Notes under the pieces: generated by a model
Told to the model about the DNA's origin: nothing
The model's database searches: none
What the model saw: only the letters and a program-made list of their open reading frames with translations
Translations under genes and position numbers: made by a program
Shown here: piece by piece, positions 17,907-27,037 of the stretch
How positions within the stretch are numbered: the first letter of the stretch is position 1
Layout of the letters: each line of letters begins with the position of its first letter
DNA from: an uncultured Syntrophaceae bacterium
GTDB taxonomy: Bacteria > Desulfobacterota > Syntrophia > Syntrophales > UBA5619
NCBI GenBank assembly: GCA_964637025.1
Contig: CAZWTL010000001.1
Coordinates: 81,701-145,700, forward strand
Direction of reading: 5' to 3'
DNA: 64,000 bases

Positions 17907-20081
17907 TCAGGGACCGGAACGAATCCCGGCGGTCCCGGGGGCCAGCACCACCAGGGCGTCGGCCGCCACGGGTTCCGATCCCGTGAGGATGATCGGGTTC
18001 AGGTCGATCTCCGCGATCTCAGGGTGGATGAGGGCGATCGCGCCGACCGTCCGGAGGATCCCGGCAAGGGCAGGAAGGTCCGCAGGGGGGAGGCCGCGGA
18101 AACCGCCCAGAAGCGCCGTCGCACGGATATCGGCGAGCATCTCCTCCGCCTCGGCATCCGAAAGCGGCGCCGATCGAAAGGCCGTATCCCGGAACGCCTC
18201 GGCAAAGACGCCGCCCAGGCCGAACAGGACGCAGGGGCCGATGCCCGGGAAGCGGGTCATCCCGGTCAGAAACTCGCGGCTCCCCGGGACCATCTCCTGG
18301 ACCAGGATGGGGAGATCCCGGCGGGCTGCAGCGCGGATCGATCGGACGGCCTTCCGCAGGGCCGCCTCCGTCCGGATGTCCAGCGCGATCAGCCCCTTGC
18401 CGGACTTGTGCAGGATCTCTCCGCCGCACGCCTTGGCGGCGACCGGGAATCCGATGTTGCGGGCGACGGCCACCGCCTCTTCCCCGTTTCCGGCAATCCC
18501 CTCCCGGGTGACCGGGATGCCGTAGGCGGCCAGGATCCTTTTGGATTGATGCTCGTCGAGGGCCTTCCGTCCTTCCGCCAGGGCAGTCCTGATGAGTTCC
18601 GCCGCCTCCGGACTCGCCGGGGGCAGGGCGGCCCGGATGACCGGCTTGCGTCTCCGGACCTCCAGGTGGCGAAGCAGCGATGCCATGCCCCGCGCCGCCT
18701 TCTCGGGCGAGTCGAAGACCGGGACGCCGCGGTCCATGAAGAGGGCGGTGTAGTCGTCGTCGCGCCCAAAAAAGGAGGAGACCGCCAGGGGAACGCCGAA
18801 TGTCCGGGGAAGTTCCGCAGCGGGGGTCATGTCCGTAGCCGTCCGCTCCAGGAAGGAATCCAGCGAAACGTTCCCCAGGATGTCGCGGAGGTGCGGATAG
18901 ACCGCCTTCATGAAGCCGGAGTGCAGGGCGCCGTGGACGACGAGGGCGTCCACTTCGTTGCTTTCCAGGATCATCTTCGGGATGGTGACGGCCAGGAGCT
19001 TCATATCCAGGTTGAAGGTGAGATCGACCGGGTTGGCGCTGGAGGCATGTCCGGGGATGATCTCCCGTATCCTTTTCCGCAGCCCATCGGAGAAACGGGG
19101 GATCGTCATGCCTTCACGATCCGCATGGTGGGAGATCGCGGTTCCCGGTCCGCCCGAGTTCGTCACCACGGCCAGCCTGCGGCCGCGCAGGGGCGGCTGG
19201 GAGGCGTGGATCCATCCGTGGGCGTAGAGATCCTCGATGGAATGACAGCGGATGATCCCGCACTGTTTGAAGATGCCCTCGTAGAGGAAGTCAGGTCCGG
19301 CCAGGGCGCCGGTGTGGCTCAGGCCCGCGCGGGCGCCGGCGGCCGATCCGCCCACGTACTGGGCGAGGATCGGTTTTTTCGGGGAGATCCGCTGCGCGGC
19401 CTCGATGAAGCGCCGGCCGTCGCGGAGCCCCTCGACGTAGAGAATGATCGCCCGGGTCTGCTCGTCTTCGCCGAGATATTCGAGGGCGTCGACCATGTGG
19501 ATGTCGGCCTCGTTCCCGCAGCTGACGGCCTTGCTGAAACGGATCCCGCGCTCGCGGAGGTAGGCGAAGGTCTGCGTGATGTAGGTCCCGCTTTGGGAAA
19601 CCATGCCGAGCGGGCCCGGACGCCCCTCCAGGGCGGCGAAGGTGAGGTTGAGGGAGATGGCGGTGTTCACGATCCCCATGCAGTTCGGTCCGAGGAACCT
19701 GACGCCCCGGGCCGCCGCGATTTCCCGGAGCCGATCCTCCAGCGCCCGTCCCGTTTCGCCGGTCTCCCGGAATCCGGCGCTGATGATGATCGCCCGCTTC
19801 GTGCCGATCTTTGCGAAATTTTCGAAGACCGGCAGGACCTGCGCGGTGGGGACGACCAGCAGGGCGAGGTCGGGCGCCTCGGGAAGATCAAGGGGCGAGG
19901 CATAGGCGGGGTGTCCCAGCACGACCTTCTCCGTGGGATGGACCGCGTAGAATTTTCCCTGGTAGCCGTCCTTGAGGATGGAAAGGGCCTGCAGGGTGCC
20001 CATTTTCACGGGATTGTTGCCTGCGCCGGCGACGGCGATGGACTTCGGGTGCAGCAGGAGGTGGAGCGGATTTTCGGACAT
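17907..20081 (-). CDS. ADP-forming acetyl/acyl-CoA synthetase family protein, canonical alpha-beta fusion
   Basis: The N-half 'PKSIAVAGAGNNPVKMGTLQ...FLGPNCMGIVNT...GLSHTGALAGPD' is CoA-binding plus ligase. The C-half 'SKRILAAYGIPV...FPVAAKACGGEILHKSGKGLIALDI...EIDLNPIIL' is an ATP-grasp. Confidence 0.88.
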   Translation of the reverse strand: MSENPLHLLLHPKSIAVAGAGNNPVKMGTLQALSILKDGYQGKFYAVHPTEKVVLGHPAYASPLDLPEAPDLALLVVPTAQVLPVFENFAKIGTKRAIIISAGFRETGETGRALEDRLREIAAARGVRFLGPNCMGIVNTAISLNLTFAALEGRPGPLGMVSQSGTYITQTFAYLRERGIRFSKAVSCGNEADIHMVDALEYLGEDEQTRAIILYVEGLRDGRRFIEAAQRISPKKPILAQYVGGSAAGARAGLSHTGALAGPDFLYEGIFKQCGIIRCHSIEDLYAHGWIHASQPPLRGRRLAVVTNSGGPGTAISHHADREGMTIPRFSDGLRKRIREIIPGHASSANPVDLTFNLDMKLLAVTIPKMILESNEVDALVVHGALHSGFMKAVYPHLRDILGNVSLDSFLERTATDMTPAAELPRTFGVPLAVSSFFGRDDDYTALFMDRGVPVFDSPEKAARGMASLLRHLEVRRRKPVIRAALPPASPEAAELIRTALAEGRKALDEHQSKRILAAYGIPVTREGIAGNGEEAVAVARNIGFPVAAKACGGEILHKSGKGLIALDIRTEAALRKAVRSIRAAARRDLPILVQEMVPGSREFLTGMTRFPGIGPCVLFGLGGVFAEAFRDTAFRSAPLSDAEAEEMLADIRATALLGGFRGLPPADLPALAGILRTVGAIALIHPEIAEIDLNPIILTGSEPVAADALVVLAPGTAGIRSGP

Positions 20082-20148
20082 TGTTGATCCTCCCCTTCGG
20101 ATTCCTGTCGGCGTGAACCCCTACGCCGGCACTATAGGCAATGCCCCA

Positions 20149-20171
20149 CCCGCTGTCAAGGCGACAGCGGG
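20149..20171. promoter_or_regulatory. Perfect 9-bp inverted repeat CCCGCTGTC-aaggc-GACAGCGGG in divergent intergenic region
   Basis: It lies between the divergent starts of the acyl-CoA synthetase (20081, minus) and trxB (20249, plus). It sits just upstream of a possible TTTACA-N18-TAAATA promoter (20185-20214). No U-tract follows it. Confidence 0.35.
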
Positions 20172-20248
20172 CCTCAAGTTGCGCTTTACAAACGGGAGGC
20201 TCCTCGATTAAATAGAACAAAATCGTTTCAGGAGAGGAGATTGAAGCC

Positions 20249-21214
20249 ATGACCGGACAGGAGGAGGCCGGGCGGATATACGATATCGTGATCGTCGGCG
20301 GAGGGCCGGCGGGACTCACCGCGGGGATGTACGCCGCGCGAGCGGACATGCGGACCCTGGCAATCGAGGGCGCTTCGAGTTTGAGCCAGATCACGGCGAC
20401 CGACATCATCGAAAACTATCCGGGCATCCCCGGAGGGGCCAACGGCTTCGATATCATCGAACGGTTCAAGAAGCAGGCCGCGGAATTCGGGCTGGAAACC
20501 GACTCCGCCGACGTGACGGCCGTGTCGCGGAAACGGCTGGGCGCCCTGGACGGATGGGAGATCGTTGCCGGCGAAAGACGGTTCCGCGCCCTTTCCGTGA
20601 TCCTTGCCACCGGCGCCGCCTGGCGCCGTCTCGGAGCGCCGGGCGAGGAGCGGTTCATCGGCCGCGGCGTTTCGTTCTGCGCGACCTGCGACGCCCCCCT
20701 GTTCCGCAACCGGGAGGTGGCGGTGGTCGGCGGCGGCGACACCGCGATCCAGGAGGCGATCTATCTGACCCGTTTCGCGAAAAAGGTGACGGTCATCCAC
20801 CGGAGGGACCGGCTGCGGGCAACCGCGATCCTCCAGAAGCGGGCCTTGGCGAACGAGAAGATCTCTTTTGCGTGGAATTCCGTCGTCGATGCGATCGACG
20901 GACTCGACCTGCTCCAGGAGGTCCGCCTGAGGGACGTCAAGACGGGGGAAAAACGGACCCTCCCGGTCAGCGGCGTCTTCATCTTTGTCGGGCTCTCGCC
21001 GAACACGGCCCCCTTCCGGGGTCTGGTCGACCTGGACGCGGGAGGGTACATTCAGGTCGATGCGAACATGCAGACCTCCGTTCCCGGAATTTTCGCCTGC
21101 GGGGACTGTACGGCCAAGCGCCTGAGGCAGGTGGTCACCGCCTGCGGCGACGGGGCCACGGCCGCCTTTTCCGCGCAGCTCTACGTGGAGGAACTCAAGG
21201 GAGAAGCGTACTGA
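20249..21214 (+). CDS. trxB: Thioredoxin reductase
   Basis: Contains 'IVIVGGGPAGLTAG', the redox-active 'CATCDA', the NADPH site 'VAVVGGGDTAIQEA', and 'GIFACGDC'. Confidence 0.92.
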   Translation: MTGQEEAGRIYDIVIVGGGPAGLTAGMYAARADMRTLAIEGASSLSQITATDIIENYPGIPGGANGFDIIERFKKQAAEFGLETDSADVTAVSRKRLGALDGWEIVAGERRFRALSVILATGAAWRRLGAPGEERFIGRGVSFCATCDAPLFRNREVAVVGGGDTAIQEAIYLTRFAKKVTVIHRRDRLRATAILQKRALANEKISFAWNSVVDAIDGLDLLQEVRLRDVKTGEKRTLPVSGVFIFVGLSPNTAPFRGLVDLDAGGYIQVDANMQTSVPGIFACGDCTAKRLRQVVTACGDGATAAFSAQLYVEELKGEAY

Positions 21215-21215
21215 G

Positions 21216-22043
21216 ATGGAACAGTGGATCGCCGCCTGGCGGAACATACCGGCTCACATCAGCCCTTACCTGTTCGAGATCGGCTCCTTCCAGCTGCGCT
21301 GGTACAGCCTGATGTACTTGGCGGCCTTTGTCTGCATCTATCTGGTCGTCATGCGCCGGATCCGGCAGGACCGTTTGCCCTACACGGCGGAGCTGATCCA
21401 GGATTATTTCGTTTGGGCGATTCTCGGGGTGATCATCGGCGGCCGTCTCGGCTATGTCCTCTTCTACAATCTCGGCTACTATCTGCGGCACCCCCTGGAG
21501 ATCCTCTTGCCCTTCGAATTCAACGGCGGCTTCCGTTTCGTGGGGATCAGCGGGATGTCCTACCACGGGGGCGCCCTCGCCGTGCTGATCGCGACCGCGA
21601 TTTTCTGCCGGGTTCGCCGGATCGACTTCTGGCGGTTCGCCGATCTCTTCAGCTCGGCGATACCCCTCGGCTACACCTTCGGAAGGATCGGCAACTTTCT
21701 CAACGGCGAACTGTACGGACGGGCCACGGACGTGGCCTGGGCCATGGTCTTCCCGCTCGATCCGCTGCACCTGCCGCGCCACCCTTCCCAGCTCTACGAG
21801 GCCTTCTTCGAGGGGATCTTCCTGTTCGCGGTTCTCTGGCTGGTCCGGAAGCGGTTTTCCTCGACCGGCGCCCTGTTCGCCCTCTACATCATGGGCTACG
21901 GCCTCGTCAGGTTCTTCATCGAGTTCTTCAGGCAGCCGGACGCCCAGCTCGGATTCGTCTTCGGCCCCCTGAGCATGGGGCAGCTCCTCTGCCTGCTGAT
22001 GATCGCAGCCGGCGCTGCGATTTACACCCTTCGCGTGAAATGA
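21216..22043 (+). CDS. lgt: Prolipoprotein diacylglyceryl transferase
   Basis: Contains 'FEIGSFQLRWYSLMY', 'GGRLGYVLFYN', 'GRIGNFLNGELYGR' and 'HPSQLYEA'. Confidence 0.93.
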   Translation: MEQWIAAWRNIPAHISPYLFEIGSFQLRWYSLMYLAAFVCIYLVVMRRIRQDRLPYTAELIQDYFVWAILGVIIGGRLGYVLFYNLGYYLRHPLEILLPFEFNGGFRFVGISGMSYHGGALAVLIATAIFCRVRRIDFWRFADLFSSAIPLGYTFGRIGNFLNGELYGRATDVAWAMVFPLDPLHLPRHPSQLYEAFFEGIFLFAVLWLVRKRFSSTGALFALYIMGYGLVRFFIEFFRQPDAQLGFVFGPLSMGQLLCLLMIAAGAAIYTLRVK

Positions 22044-22057
22044 GAAAGGAGTGTGTC

Positions 22058-23392
22058 ATGGGGAAACGAATGGTCATCGTCGGTGCCGGCGCGGGAGGCG
22101 CTTCCGCAGCCGCCGAGGCGAAACGGACGGACCCATCGCTTTCGATCGCCATGATCGAACAGCGTTCCGAGGTTTCCGTTGCCGCCTGACCGATGCCCTA
22201 TTACATCGGCGATGTAATCAGGGACTCGAAGAGGCTGATCGCCCGGACGCCCGAGAAGTTCCGGGAGACGGGGATCGACGTCCGGATCGACGCCCGCGTC
22301 GAGGAGGCCGATCCGGAATCGGGGCGGGTCCGCCTGGCGGACGGGGAGACCTTTCCCTATGACCTCCTCGTCCTGGGAACGGGAACCACGCCGCTGCTGC
22401 CCGGCATCCCCGGAGAGTCGCTGGAAGGGGTTTTCACCCTGAAAAAGCTTTCGGACGCGGTCCGGATCAAGGCCTGGCTCCGCGACGTTCCCTGCCGGAA
22501 GGCGATCATCGTCGGGGCCGGCTTCATCGGGATGGAGATGGCCGAGGCGATCCGGAACCTGGGGATCGAGGCGGCGGTCTATCACCGCGGGACGCTTCCC
22601 GCGGCCCGATGGGACCCGGAATTTTCGAAGCTGGTTCTGGAGGAGCTCCAGAGGCACGGGGTCGGATTCGTCGCCGGCGTCGAGACGAAGGCCGTGGAGG
22701 CGGGCAAGGAGCACCGCCTGCGGCTGTCGACCAACCTCGGCGAAGACGAGGCCGATATGATCCTGATGGCCGTCGGGGTCCGGCCCGATGCGGAGCTGGC
22801 CAGGAGCATGGGCCTGTCGCTGGGAAAGACGGGGGCGATCCAGGTCGATTTCTCGCAGCGAACCTCCAGGCCGGAGGTCTATGCGGTGGGGGACTGTGCG
22901 GAGTCGTTCCACCGGGTGAGCGGCCGCTGGGTGAACATCCCCCTGGGCGACATCGCCAACAAGCAGGGCCGGGTGGCCGGGCGGAACATCGGCGGGAAGG
23001 AGATGCGTTTTCCCGGGATCGTGGGGGCGCAGTCCTTCAAGGTCTTCGATCTGGAGGTCGCGGCAACGGGCCTTGACGAACGGGAGGCCAAACAGGCCGG
23101 TTTCGACCCCGCCGCCGCGCTGATCTGGGGGAACGCGATCGCCGGGTCGATGCCCGGGAACACGAAACTGGGGGTCAAACTGGTCGCCGACCGGACCACG
23201 GGGAAACTGCTCGGGGCCCAGGCGGTGGGTCGCGCGGGGGCGGTAAGCCGGGTGAACACCCTTTCAGCCTGCCTCTGGTCCGGGCTCTCCCTGGACGACG
23301 TCGGCTGGCTCGACCTGGCCTATGCCCCGCCGTTCAGCGGCTCCTGGGACCCGATCCACATCGCCGCCCAGACGCTCCGCCGGCAGCTCTGA
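22058..23392 (+). CDS. FAD-dependent pyridine-nucleotide disulfide oxidoreductase, CoA-disulfide reductase / NADH oxidase-peroxidase family, with in-frame UGA (22187..22189) read as selenocysteine
   Basis: ORFs 21224..22189 and 22193..23392 are in the same frame, separated only by TGA-CCG. The joined product is 'MGKRMVIVGAGAGGASAAAEAKRTDPSLSIAMIEQRSEVSVAA-U-PMPYYIGDVI...'. It is colinear with the 'SFANC(A/G)LPYYIG' active-site region of CoADR/Nox/Npx enzymes. Total length of 444 aa is typical of the family. Confidence 0.75.
22196..22223 (+). other. SECIS-like stem-loop downstream of the in-frame UGA
   Basis: CCCT-ATTACATC-GGC-GATGTAAT-(C)-AGGG gives up to 12 bp with one bulged C. The upper stem starts 10 nt after the UGA, and the apical-loop GG lies 22-23 nt from the U of UGA. 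The arms use TAT and GTA codons, which look unusual against the mostly G/C-ending codons here. Confidence 0.6.
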
Positions 23393-23413
23393 TCGGCGGG
23401 ACATTCCGTGAAA

Positions 23414-23450
23414 GGCAAAGAGGCCCCGCTTCCGGCGGGGGCTCTTTGCC
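23414..23450. terminator. Strong hairpin between convergent genes (bidirectional terminator candidate)
   Basis: GGCAAAGAGGCCCCGC (23414-23429), loop TTCCG, then GCGGGGGCTCTTTGCC (23435-23450). That is 16 bp with one mismatch. Flanked by AAA on one side; no long U-tract. Confidence 0.55.
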
Positions 23451-23552
23451 TCTGCGAGCCGGCATCGGCATGCATTTCCTCTTTCCGGTCCGCCGGCTGG
23501 ACCGCCGCTGCGCCAGCCCCCGGCTGTTGAGGATCCCGTCGCCGGAGAACCC

Positions 23553-24326
23553 CTATCGGTAGGGATCCATCCACGCGAGCCCTTCGTCGGTTCCGCCCAG
23601 GGGCCGGTACTCGCATCCGATCCATCCCGCGTACCCCATCCCGTCCAGGAAGCGGAAGATGTTGGGAAAGTTGATCTCGCCCGTTCCCGGTTCGTTGCGT
23701 CCGGGATTGTCCGCGATCTGGATGTGGGCGATCCGGCGAAAATGGTCCTGCAGGGTCTGGATGAGGTTCCCCTCGGTCACCTGCATGTGGTAGACGTCGT
23801 ACTGGAGCCAGAGGTTGGGGTGGTTCACCTCCTCGATCAGGGCGACGGCGTTACCGGTTCCGCAGAGATGGAACCCCGGCATGTCCCGCAGGTTCAGGGG
23901 TTCGACGAGAAGCCGGATCTCCTCCCTTTCCAGGGCCGCGGCGGCGAAGCGCAGGTTTTCCACGAGGATCCGGCGGACCGTTTCAGGATCCTCCGCCGGC
24001 GTCTTGCCGACAAGGCAGTTCACCAGCGGGCAGTCCAGGGCCTTCGCGTATTCGATCGCCAGCCCGACCCCGTCCCGGAATTCCCCTTCCCTTCCCGGCA
24101 GGCAGGCGATTCCCCTTTCGCCGGACGCCCAGTCCCCTGCCGGCAGATTGAAGAGCGCCTGCCGCAGGCCGTATTTAACCAGGGGTTCGGCCAGAGCCTC
24201 CTTCCCGTACGGGTAGGGGAACATGTATTCGACCGCCCTGAAGCCGGCTGCGGCCGCCCGCCCGAAACGGCCGAGGAAATCGACCTCGGGGAAGAGCATC
24301 GACAGATTGGCGCTGAAGCGTGGCAT
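23553..24326 (-). CDS. hyi: Hydroxypyruvate isomerase family (TIM-barrel, Hyi/OtnI-like)
   Basis: Near-colinear with E. coli Hyi as I remember it: 'MPRFSANLSMLF', 'NLPAGDWASGERGIACLPGRE', 'HIQIADNPGRNEPGTGEINF', 'GWIGCEY...GLAWMDPYR'. Confidence 0.88.
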   Translation of the reverse strand: MPRFSANLSMLFPEVDFLGRFGRAAAAGFRAVEYMFPYPYGKEALAEPLVKYGLRQALFNLPAGDWASGERGIACLPGREGEFRDGVGLAIEYAKALDCPLVNCLVGKTPAEDPETVRRILVENLRFAAAALEREEIRLLVEPLNLRDMPGFHLCGTGNAVALIEEVNHPNLWLQYDVYHMQVTEGNLIQTLQDHFRRIAHIQIADNPGRNEPGTGEINFPNIFRFLDGMGYAGWIGCEYRPLGGTDEGLAWMDPYR

Positions 24327-24520
24327 GCGGGTTCTCCTTTTCTCCGGAATGGCGCGGCATGGGATTGACGATGGATGAATACCAAAAAGGGAGAGCCCGT
24401 GTCAAGGCGCCGGCCGTCCCCTTCACGCCGCGAGGAGAGGAACCGCCGCCTTCCGGGAAGGTCAAAAACCGTTTCACCTGCCGCCTCTTTTCTGTTAGAA
24501 TTTTTTGCCGCGGCCGGTCG

Positions 24521-25354
24521 ATGCAGAGGACCGGCCCGCTTGCGGAGGAGGCCATGCGGGAGCGAATCGGAGTTCCATCCCAGGCGCAGGTCAGGGAATG
24601 GCGGAAGCTGACGATGGAAAAGCACCGCCGCCGGCAAGGCCGGTTTCTGGCCGAGGGGATGAAGGTCGTCGCCGAACTCCTCCGGAGCGGCCGCCCGGCG
24701 GAGGCCCTTCTGGTGGCCGGGGAGAAGGCGGGGCTGGTCGAGGCACGCTTCGACGGCCTTCCGGGCGGGATGCCGATATTCCGGCTGACGGACCGCGAAT
24801 GGAAGTCTCTCAGCCAGGACCGGTCGCCGGAAGGGGTGATGGCCGTGGCCGGGCTCCCGAAGCCCGCCGATCCCGCCGTCCTGCTGGCGAAGGAGCCCGG
24901 GCCGCTCCTGCTGCTTCACCGGGTGACCAATCCCAACAATCTCGGCGCCCTTCTGCGGACGGCCCACTGGTTCGGATTCCGGACGGTCCTTGTCAGCGAG
25001 GGGTCCTGCGACGCGTCGAATCCCAAGACGGTCCGGACATCGATGGGGAGCCTGTTCCATCTGACGGTGATCGAGGACCTCGACTTCCGCAAACTGCTCA
25101 TCGAGATCCGGGGGCGTTTCCGGATCGTGGGAAGCGACGTCCGGACAGGCATTGCGCCCCATCCCTGCAGACCGGAGACGGCCCTCCTCATGGGGAGCGA
25201 AAGCCACGGGCTGCCCGGGGAACTCCTTGCCGAGACCCAGGAGCAGTGGCGGATACCCGGGGGCCGGGGGGCCGATTCCCTCAGCCTCCCGCAGGCGGCC
25301 GCGATCATGATGTACGAGTGCGTGCGCAAGGCCTCGTGCAACGAGGGGGGATGA
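24521..25354 (+). CDS. TrmH/SpoU-family RNA 2'-O-methyltransferase
   Basis: Internal ATG of ORF 24320..25354. Contains 'RFLAEGMKVVAELL', 'NPNNLGALLRTAHWFG', 'LLMGSESHGL' and 'IPGGRGADSLSLPQAAAIMMYE'. Confidence 0.85.
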   Translation: MQRTGPLAEEAMRERIGVPSQAQVREWRKLTMEKHRRRQGRFLAEGMKVVAELLRSGRPAEALLVAGEKAGLVEARFDGLPGGMPIFRLTDREWKSLSQDRSPEGVMAVAGLPKPADPAVLLAKEPGPLLLLHRVTNPNNLGALLRTAHWFGFRTVLVSEGSCDASNPKTVRTSMGSLFHLTVIEDLDFRKLLIEIRGRFRIVGSDVRTGIAPHPCRPETALLMGSESHGLPGELLAETQEQWRIPGGRGADSLSLPQAAAIMMYECVRKASCNEGG

Positions 25355-25680
25355 TGGAAGGGTTCATCCAGGTGACGACCACCACCGCAACCCGGGAGGA
25401 TGCCGAACGGATCGCGCATTCGCTCGTCGAGACGCGGCTGGCCGCCTGCGTCCAGATCGTGGGGCCGATCGAGAGCGTCTACCGCTGGAAGGGCAAGGTG
25501 GAGACGGCGGACGAATGGCTCTGTCTGATCAAGAGCCGGGAGGGGCATTACGGGGCCATCGAACAGGCCATCCGTTCCCTGCATCCCTATGAAACGCCGG
25601 AGATCATCGCCATGCCGCTGACCGCGGGGAGCCGCGACTATCTCGACTGGCTCGGGGATTCGCTGGCGCCGCCCCGCTGA
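25351..25680 (+). CDS. cutA: Divalent-cation tolerance protein CutA
   Basis: Contains 'IQVTTTTATREDAERIAHSLVETRLAACVQIVGPIESVYRWKGKVE...HPYETPEIIAMP'. ATGA overlap with the upstream gene. Confidence 0.9.
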   Translation: MMEGFIQVTTTTATREDAERIAHSLVETRLAACVQIVGPIESVYRWKGKVETADEWLCLIKSREGHYGAIEQAIRSLHPYETPEIIAMPLTAGSRDYLDWLGDSLAPPR

Positions 25681-25787
25681 ACGTGAGGCCTCGGCCGGCC
25701 TTTCCGGAGGGCGCAAAGGGAAGGGGTGCGCCTTCCTGTACGATCTTCGATGGGGCCCCGCGGGAGGGGGGCGAAAGGGGGACGGCC

Positions 25788-26768
25788 ATGCTGCTGGCGG
25801 GGGATATCGGGGGGACGAAGTGCAGGCTCGCGCTCTTCGCGGACGACGCCGATCCGAGGCGGCCCCTCGCGGAGGAGGTCCAGCCGAGCAGCCGTTACCG
25901 GGGCATCGAGCCGTTGATCCGAGCGTTCCTGAAACGTACCGGCGGAACGGCGGATCGCGCCTGCCTGGCCGTGGCCGGACCCGTCATCGGAGGCCGGGCG
26001 GCGGTGACCAACCTGCCCTGGATCGCGGAGGCCGAGACGATCCGGCGGCGGTTCGGCTTTCGATCGGTTCGCCTTCTGAACGATGTTGCGGCGGTCGCCC
26101 GGGCCGTCCCGCTCCTCGAACCGCGGGAACTCCGCACGCTGTGGCCGGGGGAGCCGGCCGCCGGGGCAACGTGCGCGGTGATCGCCCCGGGAACCGGTCT
26201 GGGGGAGGCCTTTCTGATCCGGACGGGGGCGCGCCGGCTGGAATGCCCGTCCGAGGGAGGCCACGCGGACTTCGCCCCCACCGGTCCGCTGGAGGCGGAT
26301 CTCCTCGGGGCGCTGCGCGAAGCATACGATCACGTCAGCTATGAAACGGTTTGTTCCGGTCCCGGCCTCTGGAGGATCTATCGCTTTCTGACCCTGCGGG
26401 GTGTGGAGCAGGAGCCGTCCTGGCTGGCCGAAAGGCTCAACGCCGTCGAGGATCCCGTGCCGGTTCTCGTCGAGGCGGCCTTGAAGGAAAAAGCCGGCGC
26501 CTGCGTCCGGGCCCTGAGCCTCTTCTGTTCCATCCTCGGGTCGGAGGCGGGGAACCTGGCATTGAAGACGCTGGCCACGGGAGGCGTTTACATCGGGGGC
26601 GGGATCGCCCCGCGCATCCTCCCCTTTCTGGAGGACGGTGCGTTTCTGGCGGCCTTCCGCCGCAAGGGGAAGATGGCCGATCTCCTCTTCCGGATCCCCG
26701 TGCACGTCATTCTCGAGCCGCGGGCGCCCCTGATCGGCGCGGTCGACTGCGGCCGGAAGGTTCGGTGA
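25788..26768 (+). CDS. glk: Glucokinase
   Basis: Internal ATG of ORF 25683..26768: 'MLLAGDIGGTKCRLALF', 'ACLAVAGPV', 'NDVAAVA', 'GTGLGEAF', and 'GGVYIGGGIAPRI', as in bacterial Glk. Confidence 0.85.
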   Translation: MLLAGDIGGTKCRLALFADDADPRRPLAEEVQPSSRYRGIEPLIRAFLKRTGGTADRACLAVAGPVIGGRAAVTNLPWIAEAETIRRRFGFRSVRLLNDVAAVARAVPLLEPRELRTLWPGEPAAGATCAVIAPGTGLGEAFLIRTGARRLECPSEGGHADFAPTGPLEADLLGALREAYDHVSYETVCSGPGLWRIYRFLTLRGVEQEPSWLAERLNAVEDPVPVLVEAALKEKAGACVRALSLFCSILGSEAGNLALKTLATGGVYIGGGIAPRILPFLEDGAFLAAFRRKGKMADLLFRIPVHVILEPRAPLIGAVDCGRKVR

Positions 26769-26910
26769 AAGGCGCGGTCCCTCGCATGGATCGCGGGCCG
26801 GCTTCGTCGAGGGGGCGTTTTGAAAATTCGCGCCCCGCATCGGGGCAGGGGTCCCCGAACGGCCGCCCGGTCGGGTCGGCGGCGCGGCCGGGCGAAAAAA
26901 ATCCCACCGT

Positions 26911-26924
26911 TTGATTTAAGTCAA
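26911..26924. promoter_or_regulatory. CRP/FNR-type box upstream of hcp
   Basis: TTGATTTAAGTCAA matches the FNR consensus TTGAT-N4-ATCAA with one mismatch. It lies 114 nt upstream of the hcp ATG. Confidence 0.45.
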
Positions 26925-27037
26925 GGCCTTTGGCCCGCGCCACGTGTAGCATGGATCCACAACGCGAACGGCGTCCCGGGTGCGAGGTGGAACGCCGGTT
27001 CCGCGATTTCGAGATCAAAGAAAAAAGGAGGTGCACC

